Position numbers and translations under genes: made by a program. A stretch of 64,000 nucleotides of DNA from the NCBI GenBank assembly GCA_934754495.1, contig CAKVHW010000004.1, positions 1,070 to 65,069 on the forward strand. The letters are read 5' to 3'. The stretch is from an uncultured Clostridia bacterium. Lineage in GTDB: Bacteria > Bacillota > Clostridia > Christensenellales > UBA1242. This document shows positions 54,987-64,000 of the stretch, in pieces; within the stretch, counting starts at the first letter, position 1; each line of letters begins with the position of its first letter. Under the pieces are notes generated by a model that saw only the letters and a list, made by a program, of their open reading frames with translations, searched no databases and had not been told where the DNA came from.

Positions 54987-56741
54987 ATGGACATAAAACA
55001 AATTATAACAAACGACTTAAATAATGCATTTAAAAAATGTGGTTTTAATGGTGATGCTGTTGTCACATTTTCTGCACGTCCTGAAATATGTGATTTTCAG
55101 TGTAACAATGTTTTTGCTCTTGCTAAATCTATTGGGAAAAGTCCACTTGAAGTAGCCAAAAATATTGTAGATAACATGGAAAATAATGTGCTATATGACA
55201 CAACATTCTTGCCACCTGCATTTATTAACTTTACAATAACCAAAGAGGGACTTTCAACACTTGCTAAAGATATTTATATTAATGGCAATGCTCCAAAATT
55301 TAAAGACAACAAAACTGTTTTCTTTGACTATGGTGGAGCAAATGTGGCAAAGGAATTGCACGTAGGACACTTACGTAGCCCAATCATTGGTGAAAGTTTG
55401 GCACGACTATATAGACTTCTTGGAAATAAAGTTATCACCGACACACACTTGGGCGACTGGGGACTTCAAATGGGTCTTACAATTGCACAACTTGAGGACG
55501 ATGGTTATTTGGAAGGTGCATTTGGTAGAGGCACAGATAAGGAAATTACACTTGACACCCTAAATGAAGAATATCCTAAGGCATCAAAACGTAAAAAAGA
55601 AGAACCAGAATTTCTAAAAAAAGCAGAATTGTATACGCTTTATGTTCAACATCAACAAGAGCCTTATTATGGAGTTTATAAAAAACTTAAAGCCATTTCA
55701 ATAAAACAAATTAAGTTTAACTATGACCAACTAAACTGTCATTTTGATTTATGGGAAGGCGAGAGTGATGCCGAACCATATACCGAAAAAATGCTTAAGA
55801 TGTTTGAAGATAAGCACCTTACTAAGGAAAGTGGTGGGGCAACCATTGTAGACGTTGCTATTGAAGGCGAAAATATTCCTACAGATAAGGTTGATGCTAA
55901 TGGCAACGTGTTATATAAAAACCCAATGCCACCAATTATCTTAAAGAAACATAATGGTGCCGATATTTATGCAACAACCGAACTTGCAACTATTTTAAGA
56001 CGTAACGAACTATATCACCCAGATAAGATTGTCTATATTACAGATGCACGTCAAGGTTTGCACTTCAAACAAGTGTTTAGAGCAGCAAAACTTGCTGGTA
56101 TTTCACCTGCAAACCAAGAACTTCAACATATTGTTTTTGGTACAATTAATGGTAAAGACGGCAAAGCCTTCAAAACACGTAGTGGCGAAACAATCAAACT
56201 TAGCGACATTGTAAACATGCTAAAAGAAAAAGCGAGTGAAAAACTTGCTCAAAATGGTATTGTTGGTGATGACAAACTTGCACTTCAAATTGGTGTAGGT
56301 GCTATGAAGTTTGGCGACCTTATTAATGTTGTTAATAAAGATTATGTTTTTGATATTGATAGATTTACATCATTTGAAGGCAAAACCGGACCTTACATTC
56401 AGTACACCGCTGTTAGAATTAAGTCGATATTAAATAAAGCGAATATGGCTACAAGTGGCGAGATTACCATATCAAGTGAAGAAGAAAAAAAGATTGTTTT
56501 GGCAGTGCTAAAACTTACAAGTTCTTTCCTTACTGCATATAAAGATAGTTCGCTAAATGCAATATGCTTGGGATTATATGACTTGTGTTCGGCATATTCT
56601 AATTTTTACAACAACATTAGAATTATTAGCGAAAAGGACGAAACTAAAAAGCAATCGTATTTGTCGCTAAGCAAACTTGTGTTAAATGCAATTGAAACAG
56701 GAGCAAACGTGCTTGCGATAGACATTCCAGACAAAATGTAA
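54987..56741 (+). CDS. argS: Arginine--tRNA ligase
   Basis: The class I HIGH motif appears as ELHVGHLRS. Length and C-terminal anticodon-binding domain fit (..DIPDKM end). Confidence 0.9.
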   Translation: MDIKQIITNDLNNAFKKCGFNGDAVVTFSARPEICDFQCNNVFALAKSIGKSPLEVAKNIVDNMENNVLYDTTFLPPAFINFTITKEGLSTLAKDIYINGNAPKFKDNKTVFFDYGGANVAKELHVGHLRSPIIGESLARLYRLLGNKVITDTHLGDWGLQMGLTIAQLEDDGYLEGAFGRGTDKEITLDTLNEEYPKASKRKKEEPEFLKKAELYTLYVQHQQEPYYGVYKKLKAISIKQIKFNYDQLNCHFDLWEGESDAEPYTEKMLKMFEDKHLTKESGGATIVDVAIEGENIPTDKVDANGNVLYKNPMPPIILKKHNGADIYATTELATILRRNELYHPDKIVYITDARQGLHFKQVFRAAKLAGISPANQELQHIVFGTINGKDGKAFKTRSGETIKLSDIVNMLKEKASEKLAQNGIVGDDKLALQIGVGAMKFGDLINVVNKDYVFDIDRFTSFEGKTGPYIQYTAVRIKSILNKANMATSGEITISSEEEKKIVLAVLKLTSSFLTAYKDSSLNAICLGLYDLCSAYSNFYNNIRIISEKDETKKQSYLSLSKLVLNAIETGANVLAIDIPDKM

Positions 56742-56898
56742 CAATTTAAAACACCGCAAAAAATGGGTTATTTTATACTATTTATTAAGCGGTGTTTTTT
56801 CGTGCAAAATTGGTAAAATTTTCAAGTTGTTTTTTAAATATAATTTAAAGTTGTGCATAAAATACATGTAAGAAATACTTGGAGGCAACAATATTTTT

Positions 56899-57615
56899 AT
56901 GTGGAACTTGACAGTAAAATTTTCAAAAGTTAGCCAAGCAGGAGAGTTTGTAAATAGGCTAATAAACATAAAAAAAATTGAGTACCACATTCTTTCAAAT
57001 GCCACCAGCGACATTGTTATAACTGGCGAAAATTCTTTTGCTAAAGAATTTGTTTTAGAACTTATTTCCGAAACAATCATTAATATTTTTAAAACTGAAT
57101 ATTTTGAAAAATCTATCAACTTAGGATTTCTTCGTCCTGAACAAAAAGATGCTCTAGTAAAGGCACTTGTGCTTTTTGATATTGATAGTGACATTTATTA
57201 TACACTTCTTAGTATAGAAAAACTTGACACCATTGTTGTAGATGCTGTAAACACTTTTTTATTGTCAAAACTAAAACTTAAATGGGCAGAATTTGTAACC
57301 ATTACAAACTTAAACAGCGATTATTTATTAAATTATGACGTTTTTGTTGAGTTTTTAAAATTTTTAATAAACAGTATTCAACCCAAAACTAAGGTTATTA
57401 ATTTAAAGTGCGATGTTAGAAACTTCTTGTTTTTAGACGAAAAAAATAGTGTTATTACTTCTAAGGTTAATATTGATGATGAAATGGGACTTATTACCAA
57501 CCTTGTTTTGCTTGCTCCACAAAACATTAATATTCATTGCATTGATAGGGTGAGTAATAAGACATTTAAAACCTTATATTATCTTTTTGATAAAAAAATA
57601 AACCTTTTGGTATGA
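56899..57615 (+). CDS. ytxC: Putative sporulation protein YtxC-like
   Basis: Called mainly from synteny, directly upstream of thrS as in B. subtilis, and from size. Sequence similarity could not be verified by eye. Confidence 0.45.
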   Translation: MWNLTVKFSKVSQAGEFVNRLINIKKIEYHILSNATSDIVITGENSFAKEFVLELISETIINIFKTEYFEKSINLGFLRPEQKDALVKALVLFDIDSDIYYTLLSIEKLDTIVVDAVNTFLLSKLKLKWAEFVTITNLNSDYLLNYDVFVEFLKFLINSIQPKTKVINLKCDVRNFLFLDEKNSVITSKVNIDDEMGLITNLVLLAPQNINIHCIDRVSNKTFKTLYYLFDKKINLLV

Positions 57616-57637
57616 TAAAAAAAGTTTGTTAAAATGC

Positions 57638-57665
57638 TTGATTTATTTAAGTGTTGTGATATAAT
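57638..57665 (+). promoter_or_regulatory. Sigma-A promoter of the thrS leader
   Basis: TTGATT, 16-nt spacer, TG-n-TATAAT. Confidence 0.6.
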
Positions 57666-57671
57666 TATAGT

Positions 57672-57916
57672 AGTTAAATAATTAGGTTTTAGCAGAAGAC
57701 AAGTAAGCAAGCAGTTGGTTTTTACAGAGAATTATGCATTTGCTGAGAGCATAAAAAATTACGCTTAGTCCCGAAACCACTTCTGTAACTAATCGTTTTT
57801 CTGTTTGCAGTAAAAACAGAATAAAGTGGTCTAAGTTTTTTTAGGCAAATAAGGTGGAACCACGGGTAAATAAACTCGTCCTTTGTAAATTATAACAAAG
57901 GATTTTTTTGTTTTTT
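57672..57916 (+). promoter_or_regulatory. T-box leader (threonine specifier ACC) with terminator/antiterminator
   Basis: Stem I base CAGAAG(57693)/CTTCTG(57780), AGAGA and GAGAGC motifs, specifier loop GAA-ACC-A (ACC at 57776-57778), T-box AAGGTGGAACCACGGG (57851-57866), and terminator TCCTTTGT/ACAAAGGA plus T-run (57879-57909). Confidence 0.88.
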
Positions 57917-57947
57917 ATGGCAAGAAAATCAAAAAAGGAGAAATTTT

Positions 57948-59684
57948 ATGAACGAAAACAATAACGAACTAGAAATGATGCAACGCCATGGAATGGCACA
58001 TGTGCTTGCTAAAGCACTTACAAAAATGTATAAAGGCATCAAACTTACAATCGGCCCTGCAATTGAAAATGGTTTTTATTACGATATAGACCTAGATAAA
58101 TCAATTACTCCAGACGATTTTAAGGCAATTGAAGAAAAAATGGCAGAAATCATTAAAAAAGATGAGCCATTTGTAAGAAAAGAAGTTTCTAAAAAAGAAG
58201 CCCTAGAAATATTTAAAGATAATCCATACAAATTGGAAATCATTAACGAACTTCCTGAAAACGAAACAATTTCTATATATTATCTTGGTGATGATTTTGT
58301 AGACCTTTGTCGTGGTCCACACGTAGAAAGCACAAAATATTTGCGTAGTTTTGCTTACAAGATTAACAAAGTTGCAGGTGCGTACTGGCGTGGAAACGAA
58401 AAAAATAAAATGTTGCAACGTGTGTACGTGTACGGTTTTGCAAGCAAAGATGCTTTAAAAGACTATATGCACATGATGGAAGAAGCAGCAAAACGTGATC
58501 ATCGTAAACTTGGTAAAGAACTTCAATTGTTTTTTATCTCAGAATATTCTAAGGGTATGCCAACATACATGCCAAAGGGACTTATTTTAAAAAACGAACT
58601 TATTAAATACTGGCGTGAACTTCACCAAAAAGCAGGTTATGTTGAAATAGAAACCCCAATGGCTATGAACCGTCAATTGTGGGAAATCTCAGGTCACTGG
58701 GATCACTACAAGGACAATATGTATACATTTAAATGCGAAGATGATACATTTGCAATTAAACCTATGAACTGCCCAGGTGGAATGCTATATTACATGCAAA
58801 GCAAACACTCATACAAAGAATTCCCACTAAGAGTAGGCGAACTTGGTAAGGTTCATCGTCATGAAGCAAGCGGAACACTTAGCGGATTACTACGTGTAAG
58901 ATGCTTTACTCAAGACGATGCTCACATCTTTATGCTTCCAAACCAAATTGAAAGCGAAATTAAGGGTGTAATGGCACTTGTAGATAAGGTTTATTCTACA
59001 TTTGGACTAAAATATAGTGTAGAACTTTCAACAATGCCAGACAACCACATTGGTGAAATTAGCGAATGGCAAATGGCAGAAACTGCACTAGAAAACGCAC
59101 TAAAACACATGAACCTTGATTACAAGATTAACCCAGGCGATGGTGCATTCTATGGGCCTAAGATTGATATTCACGTTAAGGACTGTATTGGCAGAGAATG
59201 GCAATGCGGAACAATCCAACTTGACATGCAACTTCCAAAACGTTTCAACCTAACTTATGTTGACGAAAATGGTGAAGAAAAAGAACCTATTATGATTCAC
59301 CGTGTTATTTATGGTTCGCTAGAAAGAATGATGTCTATTCTTATTGAAAACTTTGCAGGTGCTTTCCCAACATGGCTTGCTCCTGTTCAAGTAAAAGTAA
59401 TTAATGTGTCTGAAGCACATATTGAATATGCTAAGGCTGTTAAAGAAAACCTTGAAAATTACGGCATTAGAGTAGAACTTGATGACCGTAACGAAAGCAT
59501 GGGCAAAAAGATTAGAGAAAGTCAAATGCAAAAAATTCCTTATAGTTTGATTGTAGGCGACAAGGAAATGGAAGCCGGCACAGTATCTGTTAGAAAACGT
59601 GGCGGTGTTGATATGGGCACTCAAACTCAAGACGAATTTATTAAATTCATTTTAAAAGAAATAAAGGATAAAGTTATTAGTTAA
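57948..59684 (+). CDS. thrS: Threonine--tRNA ligase lacking the N-terminal TGS domain
   Basis: Starts at the editing-domain motif QRHGMAHVLAKAL. Class II core with HRHEASG, FTQDDAHIF, GAFYGPKID. Confidence 0.93.
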   Translation: MNENNNELEMMQRHGMAHVLAKALTKMYKGIKLTIGPAIENGFYYDIDLDKSITPDDFKAIEEKMAEIIKKDEPFVRKEVSKKEALEIFKDNPYKLEIINELPENETISIYYLGDDFVDLCRGPHVESTKYLRSFAYKINKVAGAYWRGNEKNKMLQRVYVYGFASKDALKDYMHMMEEAAKRDHRKLGKELQLFFISEYSKGMPTYMPKGLILKNELIKYWRELHQKAGYVEIETPMAMNRQLWEISGHWDHYKDNMYTFKCEDDTFAIKPMNCPGGMLYYMQSKHSYKEFPLRVGELGKVHRHEASGTLSGLLRVRCFTQDDAHIFMLPNQIESEIKGVMALVDKVYSTFGLKYSVELSTMPDNHIGEISEWQMAETALENALKHMNLDYKINPGDGAFYGPKIDIHVKDCIGREWQCGTIQLDMQLPKRFNLTYVDENGEEKEPIMIHRVIYGSLERMMSILIENFAGAFPTWLAPVQVKVINVSEAHIEYAKAVKENLENYGIRVELDDRNESMGKKIRESQMQKIPYSLIVGDKEMEAGTVSVRKRGGVDMGTQTQDEFIKFILKEIKDKVIS

Positions 59685-60148
59685 TGAAATTTATTGGAGA
59701 TAGCATAGAAACAACTAATTTAGGTTATTTTGGAATTCGCCGTTGTGAAGTGTGTGGTGACTTTAGAGATGTTGACTTAATTGAAGTAAAAAGAGTTTTT
59801 CGTTTTTGCTTTTTCAACATTAAGACCTATGGTGTTAAAAGATTTTTGTGCTGTCAAAAGTGTAATGCATGTTTTGAAATTAGCCCCGAACTTTGGAGTT
59901 ATTATCAAACATACATTCACGAACGTTTTAACAAACAAGTTACCGATGAAATTATTTCAACCCTAACAAAGATTAACAACGACTTTGTAAGTCACGGCAC
60001 AATTATTAATCTTGACGACTCAATATATCACAAGTCGCTTGATACAATTCACGAAAGTCTATCAAAAAAATATGGACACAAAGCCTATCTGGAAGAACTT
60101 ATGAGCATATTCTTTACTAGTTGCAACAAAAAAGAAGAAAGTAAATAA
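59684..60148 (+). CDS. Zinc-ribbon domain protein (154 aa)
   Basis: TAATG overlap with the thrS stop. CEVCG...CCQKC Cys pairs. Terminator at 60152-60185. Confidence 0.65.
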   Translation: MKFIGDSIETTNLGYFGIRRCEVCGDFRDVDLIEVKRVFRFCFFNIKTYGVKRFLCCQKCNACFEISPELWSYYQTYIHERFNKQVTDEIISTLTKINNDFVSHGTIINLDDSIYHKSLDTIHESLSKKYGHKAYLEELMSIFFTSCNKKEESK

Positions 60149-60490
60149 AATAAAGCCTATGGTTTAAACATGGGCTTTTTTATTTTAATAACATCTTATT
60201 TTAGTTTATTATTTTGTATATTTTACTATTGATAATTTGGTGTGTCATCATATCCTAAATATTAACTTTGTTCTATCTAGTACATATCTTTTGGTAGGAT
60301 ATAGGCATTTATAATTAGTCTTACTATTGTTTTTACGTAAAATACATGTTTTTTTTATAATATATAGGTTTTTTTTCATATTGTAATTATATTAAATAAA
60401 ATTAATAAAATCAAATATTTTACTACTATTGGTAGTATTTTATAAAAATTATTCCCGTTGGTAATACTATATATAAAAAGGGAATAACAT

Positions 60491-60691
60491 ATGACTTTTG
60501 GCGAAAACATAAGACAAATTAGAAAGATAAACGGACTAACTCAAACCGAATTTGGTAAAAAACTAAATGTAGCACAAGTGACTGTTAGTGCATGGGAAAA
60601 AGAAACAAAATTACCAGAAATTAATACTATAATTAAAATCATCAAATTATTTGATGTTACCTTTGAAGAACTTTTTGAAGATTATTTTTAA
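60491..60691 (+). CDS. XRE-family helix-turn-helix transcriptional regulator (66 aa)
   Basis: FGENIRQIRKINGLTQTEFGKKLNVAQVTVSAWEKE is a typical Cro/C1 HTH. An inverted repeat TACTAC-N5-GTAGTA lies ~60 nt upstream. Confidence 0.85.
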   Translation: MTFGENIRQIRKINGLTQTEFGKKLNVAQVTVSAWEKETKLPEINTIIKIIKLFDVTFEELFEDYF

Positions 60692-60855
60692 GGTGTAAAT
60701 AAACATTTACAAGTATAATATTATTTTCTAGTCTTATTAATAATTAGACTATTGTTTTAATTGTGTTGCATTAGGTGACGTAATGGAGTAGTGTTGTAGC
60801 CATTATGTTAAATTATAAAAAATTTGTAAAATAAGGAAATAATCGTAAAAAGTTA

Positions 60856-60884
60856 TTGACAAGACATATTCAATCATATATAAT
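60856..60884 (+). promoter_or_regulatory. Consensus sigma-A promoter of the infC-rpmI-rplT operon
   Basis: TTGACA, exactly 17 nt, TATAAT. Confidence 0.8.
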
Positions 60885-60889
60885 AAATG

Positions 60890-61020
60890 CGTAAAAAGTA
60901 GAAGATACTTACTTCTCACCCCAGAATGAAAGATTTCAAAAGGTAAATAATTAGCAAATTTCATATTTGTTTTTTATGTGAGAAGTGGGTTATAAAAGTA
61001 TCCCACTTTTTTTAGTATTT
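60890..61020 (+). promoter_or_regulatory. Candidate L20-type ribosomal protein leader (attenuator)
   Basis: CTTCTCAC (60911) can pair with GTGAGAAG (60978), which overlaps the 5' arm of the terminator AGTGGG..CCCACT plus T-run. Position matches the B. subtilis L20 leader. Confidence 0.45.
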
Positions 61021-61037
61021 TTTGGAGGTAACCCACT

Positions 61038-61550
61038 ATTAAAGAGTTATTAATCAACGAACAAATTAGAGTAAACGAAGTTAGACTTATTGGAAACGAT
61101 GGCACCGCATATGGTGTTGTTGGAATTCAAGAAGCAAGACGTATTGCTGAAGAGCAAGAGCTTGATTTAGTTTTAATTTCACCTACAGCAAATCCACCTG
61201 TATGCAAAGTTATGGACTATGGCAAATATAGGTTTGATATGCTTAAAAAAGAAAAGGAAGCCAAGAAAAAACAAAAGGTTTCCGAGGTTAAGGGTATGCA
61301 ACTTAGCATGAATATCCAAGACAATGATATGGCTTTCAAGGCTAAAAACGTACGTAAATTCCTTTTAAACGGCGACAAAGTTAAGGTTTCGCTTCGTATG
61401 TTTGGACGTCAACTTGCCAACCCTCAAATGGGTATGCCAATTATGCAAAAGTTTTACGAACAACTATCAGATGTTTGCGAAATGACATCTAAGCCAGAAA
61501 TTAATGGCCGTCAAATAGTCATGGTTTTATCACCTAAAAATACCAAATAA
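61038..61550 (+). CDS. infC: Translation initiation factor IF-3, ATT start codon
   Basis: The frame is open from ATT at 61038, 8 nt after GGAGGT, with an in-frame TAA at 61029. The N-terminus IKELLINEQIRVNEVRLIGNDG is the conserved IF-3 N-domain, which the ATG at 61212 would omit. Confidence 0.9.
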   Translation: MKELLINEQIRVNEVRLIGNDGTAYGVVGIQEARRIAEEQELDLVLISPTANPPVCKVMDYGKYRFDMLKKEKEAKKKQKVSEVKGMQLSMNIQDNDMAFKAKNVRKFLLNGDKVKVSLRMFGRQLANPQMGMPIMQKFYEQLSDVCEMTSKPEINGRQIVMVLSPKNTK

Positions 61551-61582
61551 AAAATAAGTTACAATATAAGGAGAAAATAGTT

Positions 61583-61777
61583 ATGCCAAAAATGAAAAAC
61601 AACTCTAGCGCTAAGAAAAGATTTAAACTTAAAAAATCTGGCGTTATTAAAAGAAACAAACAAAACCGTCGCCACATCTTAACAAAGAAAACACAAGATA
61701 GAAAAAGAGGCCTAAGAAAACCTACATACGTTTCTAAAGCCGACTACAAAAACATTAAAGAGTTAATCAATAACTAA
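61583..61777 (+). CDS. rpmI: 50S ribosomal protein L35
   Basis: MPKMKNNSSAKKRFK..G.IKR. Operon position. Confidence 0.93.
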   Translation: MPKMKNNSSAKKRFKLKKSGVIKRNKQNRRHILTKKTQDRKRGLRKPTYVSKADYKNIKELINN

Positions 61778-61794
61778 GAGGGAGACGAAGCACA

Positions 61795-62157
61795 ATGAGA
61801 ATTAAAAGATCAGTTAACGCATTAAAGAAAAGAAAGAAAATTTTAAAGAGTGCTAGAGGTTACTGGGGAAACCGTAGCAGAAGTTATAGAGCAGCAAATC
61901 AAGCTGTTATGAAGAGCGGTCAATACGCTTACACTGGCAGAAAACTTAAGAAAAGAGATTTCCGTCAACTATGGATTGCAAGAATTAATGCTGGTTGCCA
62001 TATGAACGACATTTCATATAGTCAATTTATGCATGGCCTAAAACTTGCTAACATCAACCTTAACCGTAAGGTTTTGGCTGACCTAGCATTAACAGACCCT
62101 AAGGCTTTTGCTAATCTTACAAACACAGCTAAAGAAGCTATCAAAAACGTTAAATAA
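61795..62157 (+). CDS. rplT: 50S ribosomal protein L20
   Basis: MRIKRSVNALKKRKKILK.ARGYWG. Operon position. Terminator AAGCCACA..TGTGGCTT follows. Confidence 0.95.
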   Translation: MRIKRSVNALKKRKKILKSARGYWGNRSRSYRAANQAVMKSGQYAYTGRKLKKRDFRQLWIARINAGCHMNDISYSQFMHGLKLANINLNRKVLADLALTDPKAFANLTNTAKEAIKNVK

Positions 62158-62211
62158 TTAAACAATTAAGCCACACTATTATTAATGTGGCTTTAATTTT
62201 TGGAGAACAAA

Positions 62212-62955
62212 ATGGTAATTTCAAGCAAACAAAACGACATAATAAAATTTGCAAAATCACTTACCGAAACTAAGGCAATCAAACAAAACAATTTGTGCCT
62301 TGTAGAAAGTAAAAAGGTTGTACTAGACCTTATTTCACAAGGTAAAATAGATACCGTGTTTTTTACAAACAAAAATGTAGATTTGTTTAAAAATTTTAAA
62401 GGTAAAAAATACGAAATATCGCTTGAAATTAGTCATTATTTAAGCGAAACAAAAACAGACGATGGAGTTTTTGGTTTGGCAAACATTGTTAATCCAAATA
62501 AGATTAAATCTAACAAGGTTTTGGTGTTAGATAATGTGCAAGATCCAAGTAATGTTGGGGCAATTATTCGCAGTGCAGTTGCGTTTAATTTTTCCGACAT
62601 TATTATGATTGGAGGTGCATACCCGTATATTCCTAAGGTAATTAGGTCTAGCATGGGTCATATTTTCAATGTTAATATTTTTTCTTTTAACTATATTAAC
62701 TTAGTTGATTTTATTAACGAAAATAAATATAATTTAATAAAAGCGGATTTGTGTGGAGAAAAACTTGGTTGTTTTAATCCAAATCTTCCACTTGCCTTGG
62801 TTATTGGCAACGAAGGGAATGGCATTAGTGACGAGATAAAAAAAGTATGCACAGGTTCGGTTAATATTCCTATGAACAATAAGGTTGAAAGCCTAAATGC
62901 AAGTGTATCAGCCGGAATATTAATGTATGAAATTAATAGCAAATTGGAGAAATAA
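62212..62955 (+). CDS. SpoU/TrmH family RNA 2'-O-methyltransferase
   Basis: DNVQDPSNVGAIIRSAVAF, VIGNEGNGIS, ESLNASVSAGILMYE. Confidence 0.88.
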   Translation: MVISSKQNDIIKFAKSLTETKAIKQNNLCLVESKKVVLDLISQGKIDTVFFTNKNVDLFKNFKGKKYEISLEISHYLSETKTDDGVFGLANIVNPNKIKSNKVLVLDNVQDPSNVGAIIRSAVAFNFSDIIMIGGAYPYIPKVIRSSMGHIFNVNIFSFNYINLVDFINENKYNLIKADLCGEKLGCFNPNLPLALVIGNEGNGISDEIKKVCTGSVNIPMNNKVESLNASVSAGILMYEINSKLEK

Positions 62956-62957
62956 AA

Positions 62958-63707
62958 ATGAGCGGACATAATAAGTGGAGCAAAATTAAAAATGTTAAGG
63001 CTAAAAACGAAGCCCAAACAAGCAAACTTTATACAAAAATCGGTCGTGAAATTGCCGTAGCTGTTAAATCTGGTGGAGCAGACCCTAATAGCAACGCAAA
63101 ATTAAAAAACATTATCATTAAGGCTCGTAGCGCAAATATGCCTAATGACAACATTACTCGTGCTATCAAAAAGGCAAGCGGAGAACTTGGTGCTGTAAAC
63201 TACGAAGCAATTACATACGAAGGATACGGACCAGCAGGCAGTGCAGTAATGGTGTATGTTCTTACCGACAACAAAAACCGTACAGCAAGTGATGTAAGAC
63301 ACTGCTTTGATAAGTTTGGTGGCTCACTTGGAGCAAATGGCTGTGTAAGCTATTTGTTTGATAGAAAGGGTCTTATTGTAGTAGAAAAAGGCATTGGCAT
63401 TAGCGATGACGATATTACAATGCACGTATTAGAAAGCGGTGCAGATGATGTTGATATTACCGATGTGGAATACGATATTTATACTAGCCCAGAAAACTTT
63501 GATGCTGTTCGCACATATTTTGAAAACAACAATATTCCAATGGTTAGTGCCGAAGTTACAATGATACCTCAAAACTATGTTACTTTGCCAGAAGATAAGG
63601 TAAGTAGTTTTACAAAACTTTATGATGCTCTTAATGACAACGATGATGTACAAGAAATTTATCACAACGTAGAAAACTTTGGTGACGAAGAAGACGAAGA
63701 AGAATAA
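62958..63707 (+). CDS. yebC: YebC/PmpR family DNA-binding regulator
   Basis: SGHNKWSKIKNVKA, ARSANMPNDNITRAIKKA, YEGYGPAG. Acidic C-terminal tail. Confidence 0.93.
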   Translation: MSGHNKWSKIKNVKAKNEAQTSKLYTKIGREIAVAVKSGGADPNSNAKLKNIIIKARSANMPNDNITRAIKKASGELGAVNYEAITYEGYGPAGSAVMVYVLTDNKNRTASDVRHCFDKFGGSLGANGCVSYLFDRKGLIVVEKGIGISDDDITMHVLESGADDVDITDVEYDIYTSPENFDAVRTYFENNNIPMVSAEVTMIPQNYVTLPEDKVSSFTKLYDALNDNDDVQEIYHNVENFGDEEDEEE

Positions 63708-63727
63708 TTGCATCGGAGAAATGGAAA

Positions 63728-64000
63728 ATGAGTGTTGAATTAGAAAAAGTTTGCAAGAAAAACTTAAATAGAGCAATTTTGCTTCAAAATTCAATTTTCC
63801 CTAAAGAAAATGGAACACGTGATATAACTAATAGTGTAACAAATGATATTGTCAGTTATTTTTCATTGCATAAACATTGGATAGTAAAGGTAGATGGTAA
63901 TGATGTTGGCATTACAGGGCTTTATGCTTACAGAGATTACCCTCAAGATGTTTGGATGGCATGGTTTGGAATTATAAAAACCGAACGGGAAAAAGGTTAC
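63728..64000 (+). CDS. GNAT-like N-acetyltransferase, 3'-partial (runs off the window)
   Basis: 91 open codons from ATG 63728 to the window end. GITGLYAYRDYPQDVWMAWFGIIKTEREKGY resembles the GNAT motif A region. Confidence 0.5.
   Translation, partial: MSVELEKVCKKNLNRAILLQNSIFPKENGTRDITNSVTNDIVSYFSLHKHWIVKVDGNDVGITGLYAYRDYPQDVWMAWFGIIKTEREKGY

Noticed and set aside
56778-57194. 138-aa minus-strand ORF overlapping the argS terminator and the ytxC start
   Set aside because: It overlaps a plus-strand gene with a good RBS and crosses a terminator hairpin. Low-complexity S/I/F/K composition is typical of antisense frames in AT-rich DNA.
61212-61550. ATG at 61212 as the infC start (as in the ORF track)
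   Set aside because: It would remove the conserved IF-3 N-domain, which is encoded in frame upstream. ATT at 61038 with a GGAGGT RBS is the canonical solution.

Overview
AT-rich, densely coding chromosomal window from a low-GC Firmicute. All conserved genes read full length with the standard bacterial code. A type A RNase P RNA, an uninterrupted pro-sigma-K gene, a SpoVM-like mini-ORF and a ytxC-like gene point to a spore-forming, Clostridia-like lineage rather than Bacilli or Mollicutes. The first ~3.3 kb is the end of a prophage or phage-tail-like element: structural ORFs, then a BhlA/UviB-like peptide and a family-1 holin, with no endolysin. The rest is housekeeping in classic Firmicute synteny blocks: rnj / O-methyltransferase / U32 peptidase; sigK; rnpB; rarA; folD; lepA-hemW-[insert]-hrcA-grpE-dnaK-dnaJ-[unknown]-rsmE-mtaB-HIT-rpsU; pcrA-ligA; rpoZ-priA-def-fmt-rsmB-rlmN-rsgA-rpe; spoVM-like / rpmB / asp23-DAK2; a Val-Gly-Cys-Leu tRNA operon; malQ; argS; ytxC / T-box / thrS; infC (ATT start)-rpmI-rplT; a SpoU methyltransferase; yebC. 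The most unusual content is (1) a 2.1 kb insert of five tandem, diverged, small Cys/Tyr-rich TPR-like paralogues splitting the normally contiguous hemW-hrcA junction, (2) a translationally coupled pair of ABC-exporter membrane domains that both lack a nucleotide-binding domain, (3) a GrpE with a Cys/His-rich N-terminal tail, and (4) several small unannotated ORFs. No CRISPR array, transposase, integrase or rRNA was seen. All homology calls come from reading motifs and synteny by eye, not from database searches.
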